Shown one piece after another: positions 39,370 through 52,666 of a stretch of 64,000 nucleotides of DNA. The stretch comes from Amphiscolops sp. MND2022 (Eukaryota), in contig OZ076409.1 of assembly GCA_964187785.1 (NCBI GenBank), positions 22,198,001 to 22,262,000 of the forward strand, in the 5' to 3' direction. Each line of letters opens with the position of its first letter. Within the stretch, counting starts at the first letter, position 1. Under the pieces are notes generated by a model. That model did no database searches and had not been told where the DNA came from. It saw only the letters and a program-made list of their open reading frames with translations. Position numbers and translations under genes: made by a program.

Positions 39370-41389
39370 AAGTCAAGCAACAACCGAAGAACTTCCAAAA
39401 AAGTTAGAAAAAATGGGGATTCCACAAATTTGGTGATTTCTTTCTGCAAAGAAGGAATGTGAGAACATTGATCTTTTGTATCCACTGATGAAGGTCAAAG
39501 TGGAAAGATCTTGACTTTATATCTCATTAAATCCCATATTTTTATTTTTAGACTTGTTACAGTTTTCAATTCTTGTATCGTAGTTGTAAAATTATTTTGA
39601 TTTAAAGAATACACATTGTTTTACATAATGGCACTGACAAAATTTAGGAAACCTTAAAGGGGTTGGAAAAGCAATTTAATATTTTGTTTAACGTAAAAAG
39701 CCCGACTGTTACAGGTAGTACATTTTTACTCGATGCCAGCGCGAGTGCGAAATAATTGACATCTAGTTTCACTTCTGGAGGTTGTTTTGGACATTTTCTG
39801 AGATACTGTCTTGTTTACATTCCTTCCTTTGGAAAATCATACCACGATATGATCCAAGTTTGGAACTAATATTTTCCTATGAAAATTTTTGGTAATCCAG
39901 TTCTATCGCCTAAAATAAAAGCAGATGGTATTCACTCTTTTTTTTCGATCTTGTTCAAGATACCTGTTATTGACTATCGACAATTTTGAGCATCTCAACA
40001 TGTAGAAACGTAATTACAAATCCGAGGTGAATTTATACCCAATACTATTACATGTACCTGGTTTATTTCAGTAGAGGTTGCCGATTTTCTTCAGATGTGT
40101 TAGGACTGAGGACTCAAAGTTTGGCTTTGAAATTAGTCAGCGATGATGAATAAGAAGATAAAAAGGAACCTAGTCAAAAGAGTTTCTGAAATACGCAAAG
40201 ATCAAAAACTGAGATCGCAAACTAAATATTATTCCTATTACATAGAGACATTAGTCGCTAAATTCCGCAGCATTTCCCAAACAATTCAAATAGACACGAG
40301 TGTAAACTAGAATAAACTTCAAAGGTTTTTCAATCGAAGGCGCTTTCCCTAACAACCCTATTAGGGTCAAAGAAAAAACTGAAAACAATTATATCAAGGG
40401 TGTCATTCTCAACAATGATATCAAATAGGGTTCCATTCTTTTATCACAGATGTAGCAGTATAACTTGAGAGCAAATCGAATAGAATAGTACGATTTACAC
40501 CAGGAGATGAACCCACAAGCTTAATTTTTGCAACTTGAAGAGTTTGACAACTGAGCTTAGTTATTGAAAATGACAGTGCGATACTCCCAAGTACCAACGT
40601 TTGAATGATCACGTCAATTGGAATCACGACTATGGAGCAATTTCAAGTTACTAAAGTCAATTATTATCTATCGATGCTCAGTGTGTTGAAAACTTTGTGC
40701 AACTTGCCTTAAATTGATGTAATGTTACGTAGAAACAATTCGAACTAATGATCGTTGTCATCGTTAGGAAAAATGGACTAGATATACCAAAAAGCAAATT
40801 TCACAACCCTTTCGTGCTCTCAACACTTTCAAAATTTCAAAACAAATATGTAAAGTGGTGGGTATTTTTGACAAGAAAGTGTTTCAGACATTCAAACATT
40901 TTTTTGACTTCATTTCTTAGGCTTATTGTCTTCGTAAAATTAGGCCCAATTTGAATGATTGAAAGAAACGTTTGAACAAACTTTTAGTTGCTTGCTGAAA
41001 ATAACCTTATTTGTGAGCACTATGAAAAACTACTGGGGACCCACAAAAAACTGTAAAAGTATATTTTTTGAATGAATCAGGAGCGAAATATGAGTGAATA
41101 ACAAAACATCAAAAAAGTCTCGAAGCGGAGTTAAGTCTGACCAGAGCTGTCAATCATAAATTGCGAAACGCGTTTTCAAACTGATTCTAATTGAAAAAGT
41201 GGGTCTTTGATGACGATCTCATAATTCAAGTCCAAAGCACATGCCAAATTTGTTTGATTTTGTCCTTAAGACTGATGTTGTTTTAGACGATTGACAGGCG
41301 ACAAAATGATACTCTTGACAAATTGTTGACAAAGGTTTACATTGTCAAGTTTGCAAAAACTTTCCGTGTACCGTTTTTTTGCTAGTCAA

Positions 41390-42410
41390 GCAAATCGTAA
41401 TTTTTGTAAACAACCACTGATAATCTTTCACTTTCTCTGTCAATCATCCTCTCATTACGTAATCAATCCTTCAAGAAAGAATAATCGGAACCTTTAGAAA
41501 TAGCCTAGACCGTTTTACCAGTCATTTCGTTCACACTTTTAATGTGTGAAAGTTTCTTGGCTTTGAAGAAAAGATATCAAATTGAATGACTGACGAGCTG
41601 ATTACATTGTTCAGAGTTGTTTTGAAACTTTTGTTGACAAATATTTGACACTTTGAGAGCTCGAAAATTTTATGCATTCCGTTTTTTAAGGTTCACCTAG
41701 TAGTAAACCATAAAAAAACGGAACGCATGAAAATGTTTGAGTTCTCAAAGTTTCAAATATTTGTCAACAAATGTTTCAAAACAACTCTAAAACTGCAATT
41801 TAGCTTGTCAGTCATTCACTTTGACAACTTTTCTTCGAAGCAAAAGAACTTTCGCATATCAAACGCGTGAGCGAAATGACTGGTAAAGATGTCTAGATTT
41901 TGTCTGAAGGTTTGAATCATTCTTTGTTGAAGATATGATTTGCGAAATGAGAGGATGATTGACAGAGAAAGTGAAAGATTATCAGTGTCTTGCTTACAAA
42001 TATTACAAATGTGAAGAGTTAAAATTTCGTGCGCGTTCCCCGTTTTTTTTGTTTCACCTTACTAGGTGAACCAAAAAAACGGAACGTGCAAATTTTTGCG
42101 TCTTCAAAATCGTATTATTTGTAAACAAGGCACTGAGAATCTCTCAATTTTATCTATCAATTATTTTGATTGAAGCTCATATTACGTAATCACATCTCCA
42201 ACCAAACATGGTTTGAACCATCAAAAAGAGTCTAGACGTCTATACCAGTCATTTCGTTCTCACTTTCAATGTGCGAAAGCATTTTCGCTTCTAAGAAATG
42301 TACCATATTTGAATGATTGACAGGAGCTTCGAAACGTTTGTTGACAAATGTTTGGAACTTTGAGAGCTCAAAAAATTTTGTACGTTCCGTTTTTTTTGGT
42401 TCACCTAGTA
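41390..42410. mobile_element. Three abutting copies of a ~350-bp MITE in +/-/+ orientation
   Basis: Best copy TACTAGGTGAACCAAAAAAACGGAACG (42060) ... CGTTCCGTTTTTTTTGGTTCACCTAGTA (42410); 41415-41700 and 41703-41995 are inverted copies of each other. Confidence 0.8.
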
Positions 42411-43241
42411 GTTAATGAATGTGAAATTCCATGAAACTTAAGTAAGCAAAAAAGTTTTCAATGATTATCAAAACGCTTTGAGAAAAGTATTCATTAGTTC
42501 TGACTAAAATTGCATTGACGCTGAGTTTTTCATCCAAGTTTCGACATTGGGATCTGTGGCTTCATGTAACCATTTCAGTGCTTTTGGTCCAAAAATGTGC
42601 GTAGCTGTTGGTGTTGTTGCTAAACTTGTTTCATATGAACGCTTCGTGGCTCACAAAGCTCGAGAAATGAGTCAGCGCTTGATGGCTGAACATTATTTAC
42701 GACACTCACTACACTGTGCTATTTTGATGGTATAATCGAAATTTGAGTTAAAACTGGTTCGTTATTGGCAGTCTGTTCTCTGATGGTATAACTTAACAAT
42801 CATTTTATTCAACCGCTTTCATCAAACGCTGAAGTAACCAACTTTCATGTAAATCTTTTAAGAGTAAAATGCACTCATTAACTTTTGTAAATGACTTATT
42901 GACTTCGTGTTTTGGCATGTTGAATTGAACGTGAAAGAAAACTTGCGTGCACAGCATATCATACCTTTAGCTACACAAAACAAGGTCTTGTCGTACAACC
43001 AGACTTACCAACTCTTACCATCAAGCCAAGTTTTCTTATCTGATCAGCAACTCTGCTGTTTATTTTTTTTCATTCATCTTAGCTTTACACTTGTTTGATT
43101 CTCCTCCTTCACAGAAACCGAACATCCGAATTGTAGTTTTGGCATCCTAAAAGTGTTTTACTTTATCTTTGAAACAAAGTTTTCGAGTTTATCCTTTCTC
43201 TTTTTCATATTGTTTACCAATTTGCCCAATTCTGCTGCAAG

Positions 43242-43471
43242 ATGAAGGATTACAAAAGTCTTCCGCTTGTACCCGCATTGCTGTTGATTATGGTGGCGGG
43301 TTTTGCGTTGGGTGAGATCACGTTTGGGTCTTGTCCAAACAAGTGCAGTTGTGACAGCGACTTAGATAGTAAACTCATCATAGACTGCACAGGGGCAGAG
43401 TACGACTACGTCCCGGTCACTGCCATCCCCTGCAACACCAAAAAACTCATCTTCAAAAACAACGAATTACA
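43242..43471 (+). CDS. Exon 1 of an LRR single-pass membrane protein (signal peptide, LRRNT, start of LRR1)
   Basis: LPLVPALLLIMVAGFALG signal peptide; CPNKCSC...IIDC......VP..IP.NTKKL LRRNT; donor CA|GTTAGT, phase 2. Confidence 0.9.
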
Positions 43472-43573
43472 GTTAGTACACAAACAACAGTATAGCTTTT
43501 TTCACATCCAATTTAGAAAATTTCATGTTATTCACAAAGATTCCAGTGTACTCAATAAAGTTTTTGTTCGAAC

Positions 43574-43904
43574 CAGGGTTTTGACATCGCTTATATTTTT
43601 CGCTAATCGCTAAACCGCTTATTTCAAAATCGCTATTTCGCTGAAGAGTCTATCTCAAACTATTAAATGTTCAACTTCAAGTATGTTTTAAAATAACTCA
43701 GTTTTTGGAAAGAAAATAAAGTAGAATTTTTCATACAAGGGTGAGAGTTGGAATTTTTCGAAATCATTCTGAAACTCCGTGTATTCCCGCTGGGAAATTT
43801 TCAATTTGGACGGTCTATTAGCTGCCGCTATTTTGAATCGCTAATAAAATTGCTGAAAAATTCTGCTCGGCCGCTAATTCGCTAATTAGCGGTTCAAAAC
43901 CCTT
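43574..43904. mobile_element. hAT-like MITE in the LRR intron
   Basis: CAGGGTTTTGA ... TCAAAACCCTT; CGCTA sub-terminal repeats; flanks GTTCGAAC/GTCCAAGC may be a degenerate TSD. Confidence 0.55.
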
Positions 43905-44965
43905 GTCCAAGCTACTTGTGTTCAGAGTTAAAGTGATTTTACGAAAACAATATTTCAGGATTTTTGTATTAAATTTTTTAAGGTGCGCACAGGTTCTCAA
44001 GTTGAACAAAAATTCTACTAAAATCCTGACTAAATTGCATCACAACATGAAATGTTGGTGAAAACGGCCACTAATAGCGCATGACAACCTATAGAATCAC
44101 AAAAAAATCAATAGGAGTCGAGAAAATACATAATTTATGAAACAAAATGGCATAAAACCTATTAAATGAAAAAAAATCCAGTTCTTGAAGAACATACTGT
44201 TAAACTGTGAACTAGTCAATGTTACAGGTCATGGATTTCCATCCTCATGATTCATGGGTTCGTCCCGATAATCATTCCATGATCACGGAAAAATATCCAT
44301 GTATCATGGATGATCATGGATGAGAAACCATGATGCGATGGATGATGATGGGTGCAAGCCTATTAATTTAACCAACAAATCATTTTTCAGTTAGAACTAG
44401 AAATTCCACGGCTAGAAGTAAGAATTTTCGTTTTTTGAGAAAACCAGAAAATACTTTTTGAAGAGAAGCATTTGTTTTCAAGTTCACACAACTCGTCAAG
44501 AAAATTCGGTTTGATTATCATGCTTCTGACAACTTGAAAAACTATTGCCAACTAAGAAGGTTTACCTCCAGTTTCTAAGTTGTACTGATCTTAAACACTT
44601 TTCGGTGAAACTTTGAATTATTTCATTGTCTTTATTTCGAGTCGAATCATTCAATTCATCTTCAGGAAAGCATTACCAATATTTTCAGCTTCAAGATTAT
44701 CACTGATAGATATTCTGAATTTCGGCCCATTCAGCTCAACATCAGAACTTACCCAGAGTTGGGATGTCAAACATCAGCACTTTTTGATTTTTTTTCAGCA
44801 ACTATCATGTAATTTTATAACCTTTGTTGCATAATTTTGAATGGAGTCGAAATCATTGTTTTATATAGATGGTCGAGACCTGACTGTAAAGCGTTGACCA
44901 TGACAACTTAGAAAACTTTTTTCTCAATATCCTCAGAATCATTGCAGCAATCAATACAAAATTAA

Positions 44966-45128
44966 AACAAGACGGAGTCTCTCAAGTCGGTTCCCTTTTA
45001 AGGCTCAAAAAGCGCAACATTTTTTAAAATATGGTCAATTTTTTTTAAAACAAACTCACATAAAAGTGTCGAAACACCTAAAGGAAAACGCTTCAAAACT
45101 TCGGATAAATCGCGCTGCGTCCATTAAA
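44966..45128 (-). mobile_element. 3' part of a DINE-1/Helentron-like repeat interrupted by the Pao element
   Basis: AACAAGACGG...AAGTCGG...TAAGGCTCAAAAAGCGCAA. Confidence 0.55.
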
Positions 45129-45133
45129 GTGCC

Positions 45134-45805
45134 TGTAAAGGCTGATTCTAGTAGCTTATGCGTTCGAACCGTCCACCTGTCCCTGGGACAACTTCAACTT
45201 GCAAAAGTGGTAAAGTTCACGAAAACTCTACAAATCCGTGATGAAAACTGAATCTTTTAACTTCTACAAAGACTCACAATTTGCTTTAGAGAAGTCAATT
45301 TTCCGTTCTAGTATGGTTATACAACAACTCAGGTACATCGATTAATAGCGTAAACAATATAGAAGCAAATATTTAGCGTAAATATGAAGTTATGAGAGTA
45401 TATCCGCTCATTTACAACAAGTAACTACACTTTCGTGATCAGTAAATACACTATCTTGGGCACTTCCTGCCTATCGAAGTACGCTAATATTAGCTACAAA
45501 TACTGAAATATGTTCTCACAACCCGATCACAAACAAATATGAGGGCTGAAGTGGGTTAAACAGGAAATGGATGGCAATATTTGCGAGAAAAATGATAAAT
45601 TGATCGAAAAGTCCAAAACCCCATAATTTTTTTAAAATAGGTTGCTTTGAATTCCAGTTTTTTTGTGCTGAATCGGCAGTTTGGCTCAAATAAAGGGGTT
45701 CGCCGCTATTTTGAAGTTTATTTTTTGGAGTTTGTTTGGAGGTATGACACTGCAAAGTCACCCAGCTTGAGGTCTTTTTTCTGTACTGCATTTCAGGCAT
45801 TTTCA
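45134..45805 (-). repeat. 3' LTR of the Pao element
   Basis: Direct repeat of 50303-50979. Confidence 0.95.
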
Positions 45806-48800
45806 TCACCGGCCCTGTGTTTCTCTTGGGGAGGAACACATCCAATGTCGTCCAACACACGGGACAACTTGACTGTGGGTCGAAAAACAACTCCAGATTG
45901 GGTTAGGATGTCACAAGATCGAAGATTGCCATCATTCCCAAAATGGCACTTTTTAACTCTTCCAAGGCGGTAAAAACCTCGTTTCTCACGATGGTCTATA
46001 ATCCACACCAGGCCGTTTTCTTTCAATTGCGGACGTTCCTTGTACCACTTCTGGCGGATATTATGGACTGGGAGATACTCTTTCAGCCATCTTGCTCAAA
46101 TGTTGTCCATGTGAGCTTGAGCCACTCGGAACATTTTTATGTGATTTTGGTACTTTTGCGCATCTGGCAAATATGGAATAGCAATACTCGACCGACCCAA
46201 TAGAAAATGATGGGGGTGTCAAAACCTCCATGTCGGAAAGATCATTAGAGCTAGGCGTGAGTGGGCGAGAATTCAGCAGTTGCTCAGTGAGACAAACAAT
46301 CGTAGTTAAAAGCTCGTCAGTGAGCCTCTGACCATTCAGAACGTGGTATATGGCCTGTTTGCATGTCTTCACCGTTCGCTCCTAAGACCCTTCGAAATGT
46401 GGCGCTGCAGCAGGGTTGAATTTCCAAACTATTTTCTTTTGCTGAAGTTTTTCTTGGAAGTCCCTATTCTGCCACATTGCTGCAAAATGCTTCAGCTCGT
46501 TGTTCGCTCCAACGAAGTTTGTACCATTGTCGCACCAAATTGTTGATGGTTGACCTCTTCTGGCAATGAATCGTATAACAGCGCTCAGACAGGAGTCAGT
46601 ATCTAGCGAATACACCATTTCAAGGTGTATGGCCCTTGTCGACAGGCAGGTAAAGACACACACCCATCTCTTCAAGGTTTTTCTCATGTATTTCACCGCT
46701 GTGGGCCCAAAAGGATCGACTCCAACGTGAGTAAAAGAGAAATCAACTTTCCCCATTCTTTCTCTAAGTAGATCAGCCTTGATTGGGGGGCTTGGATTAC
46801 GGCACTGTATTTCCTACATGGAATGCAGCTACTTTTGATGTTCCGCAAAGCGTTTATGAGGCCCAATATCCAAAATTTTTATTGCAATCCATGTCGCATA
46901 CTCACAACACCTTGATGATATTTGTGCAAATGACATTTCAGCATCATCAATCGTGTTGCAGAATGTTTGGATGGCAGAAGAATTGGGTGTTTAGTATCGA
47001 GCACGAAATCAGCTTTTGATAAACGCCCACGTACTCTCATAACACCCTGATTGTCGATAAACGGCCAAAGTTGTGCAATGTTTGATTTGGAAGATAACTC
47101 TTTTCTATTGACTAGGGTAGACTAGGGTATATCATATTCAGTCGTGAAAGATTCCTTTTGATTCAATTTGAATGTGATTCGCTCTGCATAGTGATATTCG
47201 TCCAATGAAACTAGTCCTCTTACTCGATTGGATCTTCTCCAACGTTGTATGTAGCAAGAAGTATGAATAAATCTAGTCCAAGAAGTAAATCGTTCCCATT
47301 GTATCTCAAGTGGCTTGCCTGGCATTAGAATAACTACATTAGACAATTCTGATGTGTCCTCAACAACAGTGCACGCAGCAATAGCTTTTGGCTAGTGAGA
47401 TTGGTTCTCACTCAGCCACGTCAGCCCGTTTAGCCACATACTTGACGCAATTTCATTGGCTCCCATCCCTCGCGTGCCAAGGTCTGCAAGATTTTGTGCG
47501 CCAGGGATATGATTCCATTCACCCAGCTTGGTGTTTTTCAAATTTCCACCAATAGGATTTGCAAACAAAATTTGCTGCTTCTTTTCAAATGCATTCAGCC
47601 ATTGAATCACTGTTGATGAATCATTCCACATGAAAACCTAATTTATGAAGAAATCTTGTTCTTCTATGATGGATACTTTTCCCCGTGAAGCATGAAGGGC
47701 TGCTTGAAGCTCCAATTTTGGAATTTTAGTATTTTTGATAGGAGCCACTTTTGTTTTCCCCAATACGAAAGAAATTTTGACTTTGTCATCAATCTCAAAC
47801 CTCAAGTAGGCGACGACACGAAGTCCCATTTCTGATGCATCGGCAAACACATGTACTTGAACATTATTGCCACGCTGCCAGCCATAATGTCGGTTCCTTG
47901 AGAGTTCCTTCAGGGCTGGAATTTTTTGTAACCAATCAAGATATTGTTCTGCAATTTCTTGCGGAAGTTGTCCATCCCAAGATTTCAAAGCCTTCTGCCA
48001 AATAAGTCATTGGACGAATTCTGATTGTGAAGGGTGAAGCCAGTCCCAATGGACCAAATATGGAGGATGCCACGGACAGAACCTCTCTGAGAGTGATTAT
48101 GGTATGCTCTTTGCCTGCGAAGCCACGGCACAGTTTGAGGTAGTCCATGATGAGATTCCATTCCAAACCCAAAGTAGAAACACTCTCCACGATACTGTCT
48201 TTTTCACACAATTCTTTCACATTTGATTGCCATAAAGAAAGCTTGAAACCACCTCTCCACAGGAGAGATACCAGGTTCTGTTTCAAAGATTCAGCTTCCT
48301 GGATATTTTCCGCAGAATACAAGAAGTGGTTCATATAGAAAATTCGCTTGACAATTCTAGAAGCGACTAGGAATTCTTCCTCATTATCCGTGGCTGTACG
48401 TTGTAAAGCATAATTCACACATGTTGGCGAGTCATTGGCTCCAAATATTTGCCGAATGTATTCATACGTGGATATGTCATCTGATTGATTTTCTCACCAA
48501 AGGAAGCGAAGGCGTTTTGCATCTTCTGGAGGGACTTGTACCTGCAAGAACATTGCTTCAATATCTGCGCCCATGGCAAACGACTTCTCCCGGAACCGAA
48601 AATTGATCCCTACAAGATTCTGTAATAAATCAGGACCAATGAAGAGACTTTTGTTCAAAGAATGTCCTTCAATTTCGTTAGCCGCATTGCAGACGCGCCT
48701 CACTTTTCCAGGTTTGTTCGGGTTGATTACAGGGTGATGGGGTATATACCACTCAGGTTCATTTCTAGTCTCTTGAATCTCAGTTGGTTTAAGTATCCGA

Positions 48801-50064
48801 ATAAAACTCGAATCTTTATCCGTCTTGATTGTACCTGAATACGCATCTTTGAGTTCTGGGTACTTTGCCAGTCGCTTTTCGCGTGACAAGAACTGTTTAA
48901 CTGCAGTACGATAATTGTTCGGAAGGGAAGTCTGGAACGGGGAAAATTCCACATCATTCCCACGGAGTACCTGTCATTTTCACGGTGCGTTGTCTTTTTA
49001 AAAGTTTCAAGTGCTTTAACATCTGATCTGGATCGCCCGTCCATTTTCACCCGTGAACCACAACTTTCGTTGTTCCACCATGTTTTGATTTGTTCGTTTA
49101 AGTCGAAATCTGCAGATTGATGAACCGAAATATGACATGATGTCAGTGAGGACACAATCTTTTTTGGCAACGGCCAACTGACTGTCCACCCCAAAGAACA
49201 TCGAACAGCCCAAGGCTCACCTGGCTGTCCTCGTTGATATTCTAAGGATCGAGTCATAGAGAAGCAATCTGTGCCAAGGATAACTTTGACAACTTTCAGA
49301 TTGAAAATGTTTGAAGGAACTTTGGTCAGTTGCGGGTACTGACTCTGCATCTTTGAACATCGTAAAAACTGTCGCCGATAACAAGATTTCGATGAATAGC
49401 CATCTGGATATCCTCGTTTCCGTAGTCGTTCGAATGAAACGTGGTTTTGACCAGCCACTGTCGTGGCATTCAGTACCGTTTATTCCGCTATCAGTTAGAT
49501 CGCGCTTGACTCCCTGCAGATTAAGTTGGTATTCTGACGTTTTATCAAGACTGTTTAGTCTTGAATCTTGACACGGGTGTCGTTAAATTGGTCTGACAAC
49601 TCACAGTAGCGTAGAAACTGACTTTTATCCTTCAAATTAGGGTGAACTGTTTCACATCTTTTCAGTTTGCTGAACAATGTTGAGTATTCTTTGTAAAGTT
49701 GTTCAAGCCCACTCGTTTGACAACGTAAGACTTTGCGACGCTCTGACTGATACTTGTCTTTAAGCAGGTGAATGCAACTGTCGCTTTCGTTTGTTATTCC
49801 TTCAATGGATTCGCTATAATCTTGATAAAGACTACCCAATTCGTTTATACTGGGTTCATAATCTTTTCCTTTAGCTTTCAGTTCCTCGAACTTCGAAGAT
49901 GTCTGTGCTATTGCTTCAATTGTTTTAGCAAATCGCACTTCGTGTTCTCTCCATTCTGCAGCATTGGATGAATTCTTCAGGGCATTCGAAAATAACAACA
50001 CCTGTGTCGTTCCACCTTTCTTTACTGTCATTACCTTCGGAACGGTGTAGTCAAATGTCGCCAT
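45793..50064 (-). pseudogene. Pao gag-pol relic (gag N-terminus, protease, RT, RNase H, integrase)
   Basis: WYIPHHPVINPNKPGKVRRVCNA, GPDLLQNL and ADIEAMFLQV (RT); HVFADASE and IPKLELQAA (RNase H); GVDPFGP, CLSTRAIHLE, DNGTNFVGA, APHFEG and LNSRPL (integrase). Confidence 0.95.
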
Positions 50065-50302
50065 CTTTGTACAATAACTTCTTTTGCTAACTTGCTGTAT
50101 GTTGTATTTTGGTCAACCAGATGGACAATGAATCAATCCTTTGTGACGTGAGTACAATGTCCAGTTAAGTAAGAATTTTGCTCTTCTTCAAGATAAGAGC
50201 AAACCAATTGCGTATCTACCAATCTAACAAAGCTGAGAAAAGAAGAACAGAAGTCAAAGATAGTGAATTATAACGCAACCTTCCCGGGTCGCGACACCAA
50301 AA

Positions 50303-50979
50303 TGTAAAGGCTGATTCTAGTAGCTTATGCGTTCGAACCGTCGGCCTGTCCCTGGAATGATTTTAACTTGCAAAAGTAGTAAAGTTCCCGAAAGCTCCAC
50401 AAATCCGTGATGAAAACTGAATCTTTTAACTTCTACAAAGACTCACAATTTGCTTTAGAGAAGTCAATTTTCCGTTCTAGTATGGTTATACAACAACTCA
50501 GGTACATCGATTAATAGCGTAAACAATATAGAAGTAAATATTTTTGCGTAAATATGAAGTTATGAGAGGATATCCGCTGATTAACAACAAGTAACAACAC
50601 TTTCGTGATCAATAAATACACTATCTTGGGCACTTTCTACCTGTCGAAGTAGGCTAATATTTGCAACAAATACTCATATGTGTTCTCACACTACGATCAC
50701 AAACAAATATGAGGGCTGAAGTGGGTTAAACAGGAAATGGATGGCAATATTTGCGAGAAAAGTGATAAATTGATCGAAAAGTCCAAAAACCCCATAAAAC
50801 TTTTTTTGAAATTAATTGCTTTGATTTCCAGTTTTTTGTGCTGAATCGGCAGTTTGGCTCAAATAAAGGGGTTCACCGCTAGTTTGGGGTTTATTTTTTC
50901 ATTGGGGTCAGAGTTATGTCACTGCAAAGTCACCTAGTTTGAGGTGTTTTTTCTGTACTGCATTTCAGGAACCAATTCA
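50303..50979 (-). repeat. 5' LTR of the Pao element
   Basis: Direct repeat of 45134-45805; followed on the minus strand by the PBS. Confidence 0.95.
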
Positions 50980-51219
50980 GTGCCAAAAGTGGGTTAGCAC
51001 ACCCCTATGCTTTTAACTCACCTAAATCCACTGACATACTTTTGAACATGTATTCCACCAATTTTCAGCGGATTACGCTGTGGCCTGTTTTGGATTCCAC
51101 TAACATATCTAGCTAATATACAAAAATGCGTGCACCGGAATCCACGGGTTTTCACTGCCAACTAAATTGAACCAATCTCGTCAACACATTTCAAATTCCA
51201 GCTCAATCCGCTGAAAATT

Positions 51220-51330
51220 ACAGTGGATTCCACTTTGACTCACAGTGGACTCCACTTTGGCTCACAGTGGATTCCACTTTGGCTCACACTCGAATCCACT
51301 TTGGTTTGCAGCCGATTCCACTTTGTCGCA
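51220..51330 (+). repeat. 22-bp tandem repeat with an internal palindrome
   Basis: CAGTGGATTCCACTTTGGCTCA, about 5 decaying copies. Confidence 0.85.
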
Positions 51331-51419
51331 AAGTCTATTCCTTTTTTCAACTTGTGGAATTGACTGTAAGCTAAAATAGAATTGAGTCCACTACGCGCTG
51401 AGAAAGATTCGTGAGTCAC

Positions 51420-51690
51420 ATGAGAGCGCTTTTACCGAACCTCAGCCTCCTCTGTAGTAGAGCGCACTTCACTTCAAATAATACGTCAAAATTCGGATAT
51501 AGCGTGCAGAGACAAATGGGAGCGCTTTTTTCAATGGCAGCGCCTCTTCAGTGAATCGGAAATTGCTTCAAATATAACGTCAAAAGGTCGAATTTGGCGT
51601 CATGGGGTGTACGGGAGCGATTTTTTCCCAACATCCGTCTCTTCCTCAGTAATGTTCAACATTGTTCGGATTTAACGTCAAAAATTAGGA
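51420..51690 (+). repeat. Diverged ~95-bp tandem repeat, 3 copies
   Basis: GAGCG(C/A)TTTT ... ACGTCAAAA recurs three times. Confidence 0.55.
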
Positions 51691-51769
51691 GTATTGGAAA
51701 AAATTATCGGTGGATATAGATTGAAAAATCTCAACAATATAAGAGGAGTATTGATAATTTTGAAATTCA

Positions 51770-52076
51770 TTGTTCCAAAAAAATGAGAAGAGGGACCTTT
51801 GGGCTTTTTCAACGTTCAATCTGATGCAAAATTTCGAAAAAAAACGTTGCAAAATGTTACAAATTTTCCAAAAAAATCATTAGAAAAAAGTCTCTAATCA
51901 AAAAAATCAAAAGAGGGGCCTGTAGTCTTCGGCTTTTGTTGCGTTAAAACGGAAAAATGAAAGCGGGACCCATTGTACTAACTTGGATGCGTTTCCGAGG
52001 TATTCGTTGAGTTCTTTTAAATAAACGCGTGACTGTAGTATTCGGGATCTTTTTTTATAAAAGCGCCAACTAAAAA
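51770..52076 (-). mobile_element. 5' part of a DINE-1/Helentron-like repeat
   Basis: GAGGGACCTTTGGGC blocks; ends AAAAGCGCCAACTAAAAA. Confidence 0.6.
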
Positions 52077-52600
52077 GACGTGAAATGATCTTTACAATAG
52101 TTTGCCTAATCGTTTCCTATTTTTCCTTGTTATCCACAAACTTGCAATTGCTATTGTGAGTTTCCTTGAAATATCTTCTCGGAAGTTTTTCCTGCTGCTT
52201 TCATACATGAAAGATAAACTTGTTTAGAAACCCATATAACCCTCGGGTCGCCTGGTTGGATACACATTGTAGTATTAACGGGCCGCCACTTTTTCAATCA
52301 AAGGAAAATATTTGTACTTCCTAGTCGTCTCAATGACTTTGTTCCACACTGTGTTTTCTCAAGTACTGACAGTATATAATCATAGTTAGTGAAATTGCAC
52401 GCTGAAAATGAGCTACATCGAAACCTAGACCGTGACTGAAGTTTATTTGCATTGATATGGCGGTAAAACCGATAAGGTCCCCAGGTGCTTTTGAAAATAG
52501 AAATATTGCATATTAAAATTTGTCAAACTTGATGTCTCTGAATTGCCGCTAACTTTATGATGCATGTTTTAGGTAGCTTAAGCTAGGGCTACCTAGGGCT

Positions 52601-52666
52601 TAAACTAGGGCTGTTTATATAGAATTTTATGAATTCATAAAATTCTATATAAACAGCCCTAGTTTA
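52601..52666. repeat. 66-bp perfect palindrome
   Basis: 33-bp arms centred on GAA|TTC. Confidence 0.95.

Larger units (their letters stand above)
45134..50979 (-). mobile_element. Structurally complete, coding-dead BEL/Pao LTR retrotransposon
   Basis: LTRs 45134-45805 and 50303-50979 (TG...CA); TSD GTGCC at 45129-45133 and 50980-50984; PBS TGGTGTCGCGACCCGGGAA (50299-50281); PPT-like AGGGCCGGTGA next to the 3' LTR. Confidence 0.95.

Noticed and set aside
43472..43613. Read-through tail of the 123-aa ORF
   Set aside because: Intronic sequence after the GTTAGT donor; the LRR pattern stops there
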